From: an uncultured Gemmatimonadales bacterium
GTDB taxonomy: Bacteria > Gemmatimonadota > Gemmatimonadetes > Longimicrobiales > Longimicrobiaceae
Length of the DNA stretch: 64,000 nucleotides
Direction: 5' to 3'
Assembly (NCBI GenBank): GCA_963716255.1
Contig: OY970303.1
Location: 5,728,001-5,792,000, forward strand
A model generated the notes under the pieces. That model searched no databases and had not been told where the DNA came from. It saw nothing but the letters and a program-made list of their open reading frames with translations. The position numbers and the translations under genes were made by a program. Of this stretch, positions 62,495 through 64,000 are shown one piece after another; position 1 is the first letter of the stretch, and each line of letters opens with the position of its first letter.

Positions 62495-64000
62495 ATGAGC
62501 GATATGGAAGAAACGGCACCCGCGGTCGCGGTCGTCGGCATGGCGGGGCGCTTCCCGGGCGCGCAGGACGTGGAGCAGTTCTGGAGCAACCTGCGCGAGG
62601 GGGTGCACTCCATCTCCTTCTTCAGCGACGAGGAGCTGGAGGCGGCCGGGGTGGATCCGTCGCTGATCAGGAACCCGGACTTCGTGCGGGCCGGCGGCGT
62701 GCTGGAAGGGATCGAGCTGTTCGACGCCGGCTTCTTCGGCTTCAACCCGCGCGAGGCGGAGGTGCTGGACCCGCAGCACCGCATCTTCATGGAAACGGCG
62801 TGGGAGGCGCTGGAGAACGCCGGCATCGACCCGGAGACGTCGCCGCGGGCCGTGGGGATCTACGCGGGGTCGTCCACCAGCCACTACCTGATGTACCACG
62901 TGCTGTCGCGCCCGGAGATCGTGGAGGCGGTGGGGGCGTTCCAGGTGCACATCGGCAACGGCAAGGACTTCCTCGCCACCCGCGCCTCGTACAAGCTCAA
63001 CCTGCGCGGCCCCGCCCTGAACGTGCAGACGGGGTGCTCGACGGGGCTGGTGTCGGTCCACGTGGCGTGCCAGGCGCTCCTCAACGGCGAGTGCGACGTG
63101 GCGATCGCGGGCGGTGTGACCGTGAACCTGGGGCAGCGGCAGGGCTACCTGTACTCGCCGGGCGGGGTGCTGGCGCCGGACGGGCACTGCCGCGCCTTCG
63201 ACGCGCGCGCGGGCGGCGCCCTCAGCGGCAGCGGCATCGGGCTGGTGGTGCTCAAGCGGCTGGACGACGCGCTCGCCGACGGGGACACCATCCACGCGAT
63301 CGTGCGCGGCTCCGCGATAAACAACGACGGCGCGCAGAAGGTGGGCTTCACCGCGCCGAGCGTGGACGGGCAGGCGGCGGTGATCGAGGAGGCGCTGGCG
63401 GTGGGCGACGTGGACCCGGCCACCATCGGCTTCGTGGAGGCGCACGGCACCGGCACCGACCTGGGCGACCCCATCGAGGTGGCGGCGCTGACGCAGGCCT
63501 TCGGCGACACGGGACGCACGCAGTTCTGCGCGCTGGGCTCGGTGAAGACCAACATCGGCCACCTGGACGCGGCGGCGGGGACGGCGGGGATGATCAAGGC
63601 GGTGCTGGCGCTTGAGCACGGCGAGATCCCGCCCACGCTGCACTACGCGTCGCCCAACCCCAAGATCGACTTCGCCTCGTCGCCGTTCTTCGTCAGCACG
63701 GAGCTGCGCCCCTGGGCCACGGACGGGCACCCGCGGCGCGCCGGGGTGTCGTCGTTCGGGATCGGCGGGACCAACGCGCACGTGGTGCTGGAGGAGGCGC
63801 CGGAGCCGGAGCCGTCGGAGGCCGCGCGCCCCTGGCACCTGCTGGTGCTCTCGGCCAAGACGGCCTCGGCGCTGGAGGCGGCCACGGACCGGCTGGCGGC
63901 GCACCTGCGCGCGCACCCGGAGCAGGCATTGGCGGACGTGGCGCACACGCTCCAGGTGGGGCGGCGCGCCTTCGAGCACCGCCGCGTGCTGGTGGCCCGC
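62495..64000 (+). CDS. Type I PKS module, ketosynthase domain (truncated by window end)
   Basis: AAGGAG RBS; VAVVGMAGRFPGA, DPQHR, VQTGCSTGLV (active Cys), EAHGTGT, KTNIGH, SSFGIGGTNAH. Confidence 0.95.
   Translation, partial: MSDMEETAPAVAVVGMAGRFPGAQDVEQFWSNLREGVHSISFFSDEELEAAGVDPSLIRNPDFVRAGGVLEGIELFDAGFFGFNPREAEVLDPQHRIFMETAWEALENAGIDPETSPRAVGIYAGSSTSHYLMYHVLSRPEIVEAVGAFQVHIGNGKDFLATRASYKLNLRGPALNVQTGCSTGLVSVHVACQALLNGECDVAIAGGVTVNLGQRQGYLYSPGGVLAPDGHCRAFDARAGGALSGSGIGLVVLKRLDDALADGDTIHAIVRGSAINNDGAQKVGFTAPSVDGQAAVIEEALAVGDVDPATIGFVEAHGTGTDLGDPIEVAALTQAFGDTGRTQFCALGSVKTNIGHLDAAAGTAGMIKAVLALEHGEIPPTLHYASPNPKIDFASSPFFVSTELRPWATDGHPRRAGVSSFGIGGTNAHVVLEEAPEPEPSEAARPWHLLVLSAKTASALEAATDRLAAHLRAHPEQALADVAHTLQVGRRAFEHRRVLVAR

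Overview
Very GC-rich bacterial DNA. The gene content (PadR plus duplicated ABC permease, many small lipoproteins, NRPS style) suggests Gemmatimonadota/Longimicrobiaceae; this is inference only. The left ~28 kb holds mostly small accessory genes: cyclase, YbjQ, YciF, DUF2442, hydrolase, DCC1, two GNATs, DUF72, DUF1499, PadR-permease, MOSC, sorbosone dehydrogenase, SDR, DUF5715, DUF2239/GIY-YIG, PEBP, an orphan FliA sigma, BrnT with an extended BrnA-like partner, and histidine kinases. From ~29 kb to the end lies a large NRPS/PKS cluster. Line 1 is A-T-C-A-T plus C-A-T-TE plus MFS, and its first C domain has the ureido-type EHHxxHDG motif. A regulatory core follows (AraC, a small lipobox-bearing pre-peptide, a TPR protein), then MbtH, TE-II, PPTase, YceI and a second AraC. 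Line 2 is A-T-C-A-T plus (C-A-T)x3 plus a truncated PKS KS. Top candidates for new biology: (1) a Rap/Phr-like TPR-peptide-AraC module inside the cluster; (2) a ~140-nt multi-stem interspersed element (8 full copies, 1 deleted copy) with compensatory stem changes and a conserved 7-nt loop motif, whose central arm recurs as a separate 3-hairpin array; (3) a companion palindromic repeat inserted in-frame in an NRPS A domain; (4) a predicted ureido-peptide line with an unusual A-domain code.
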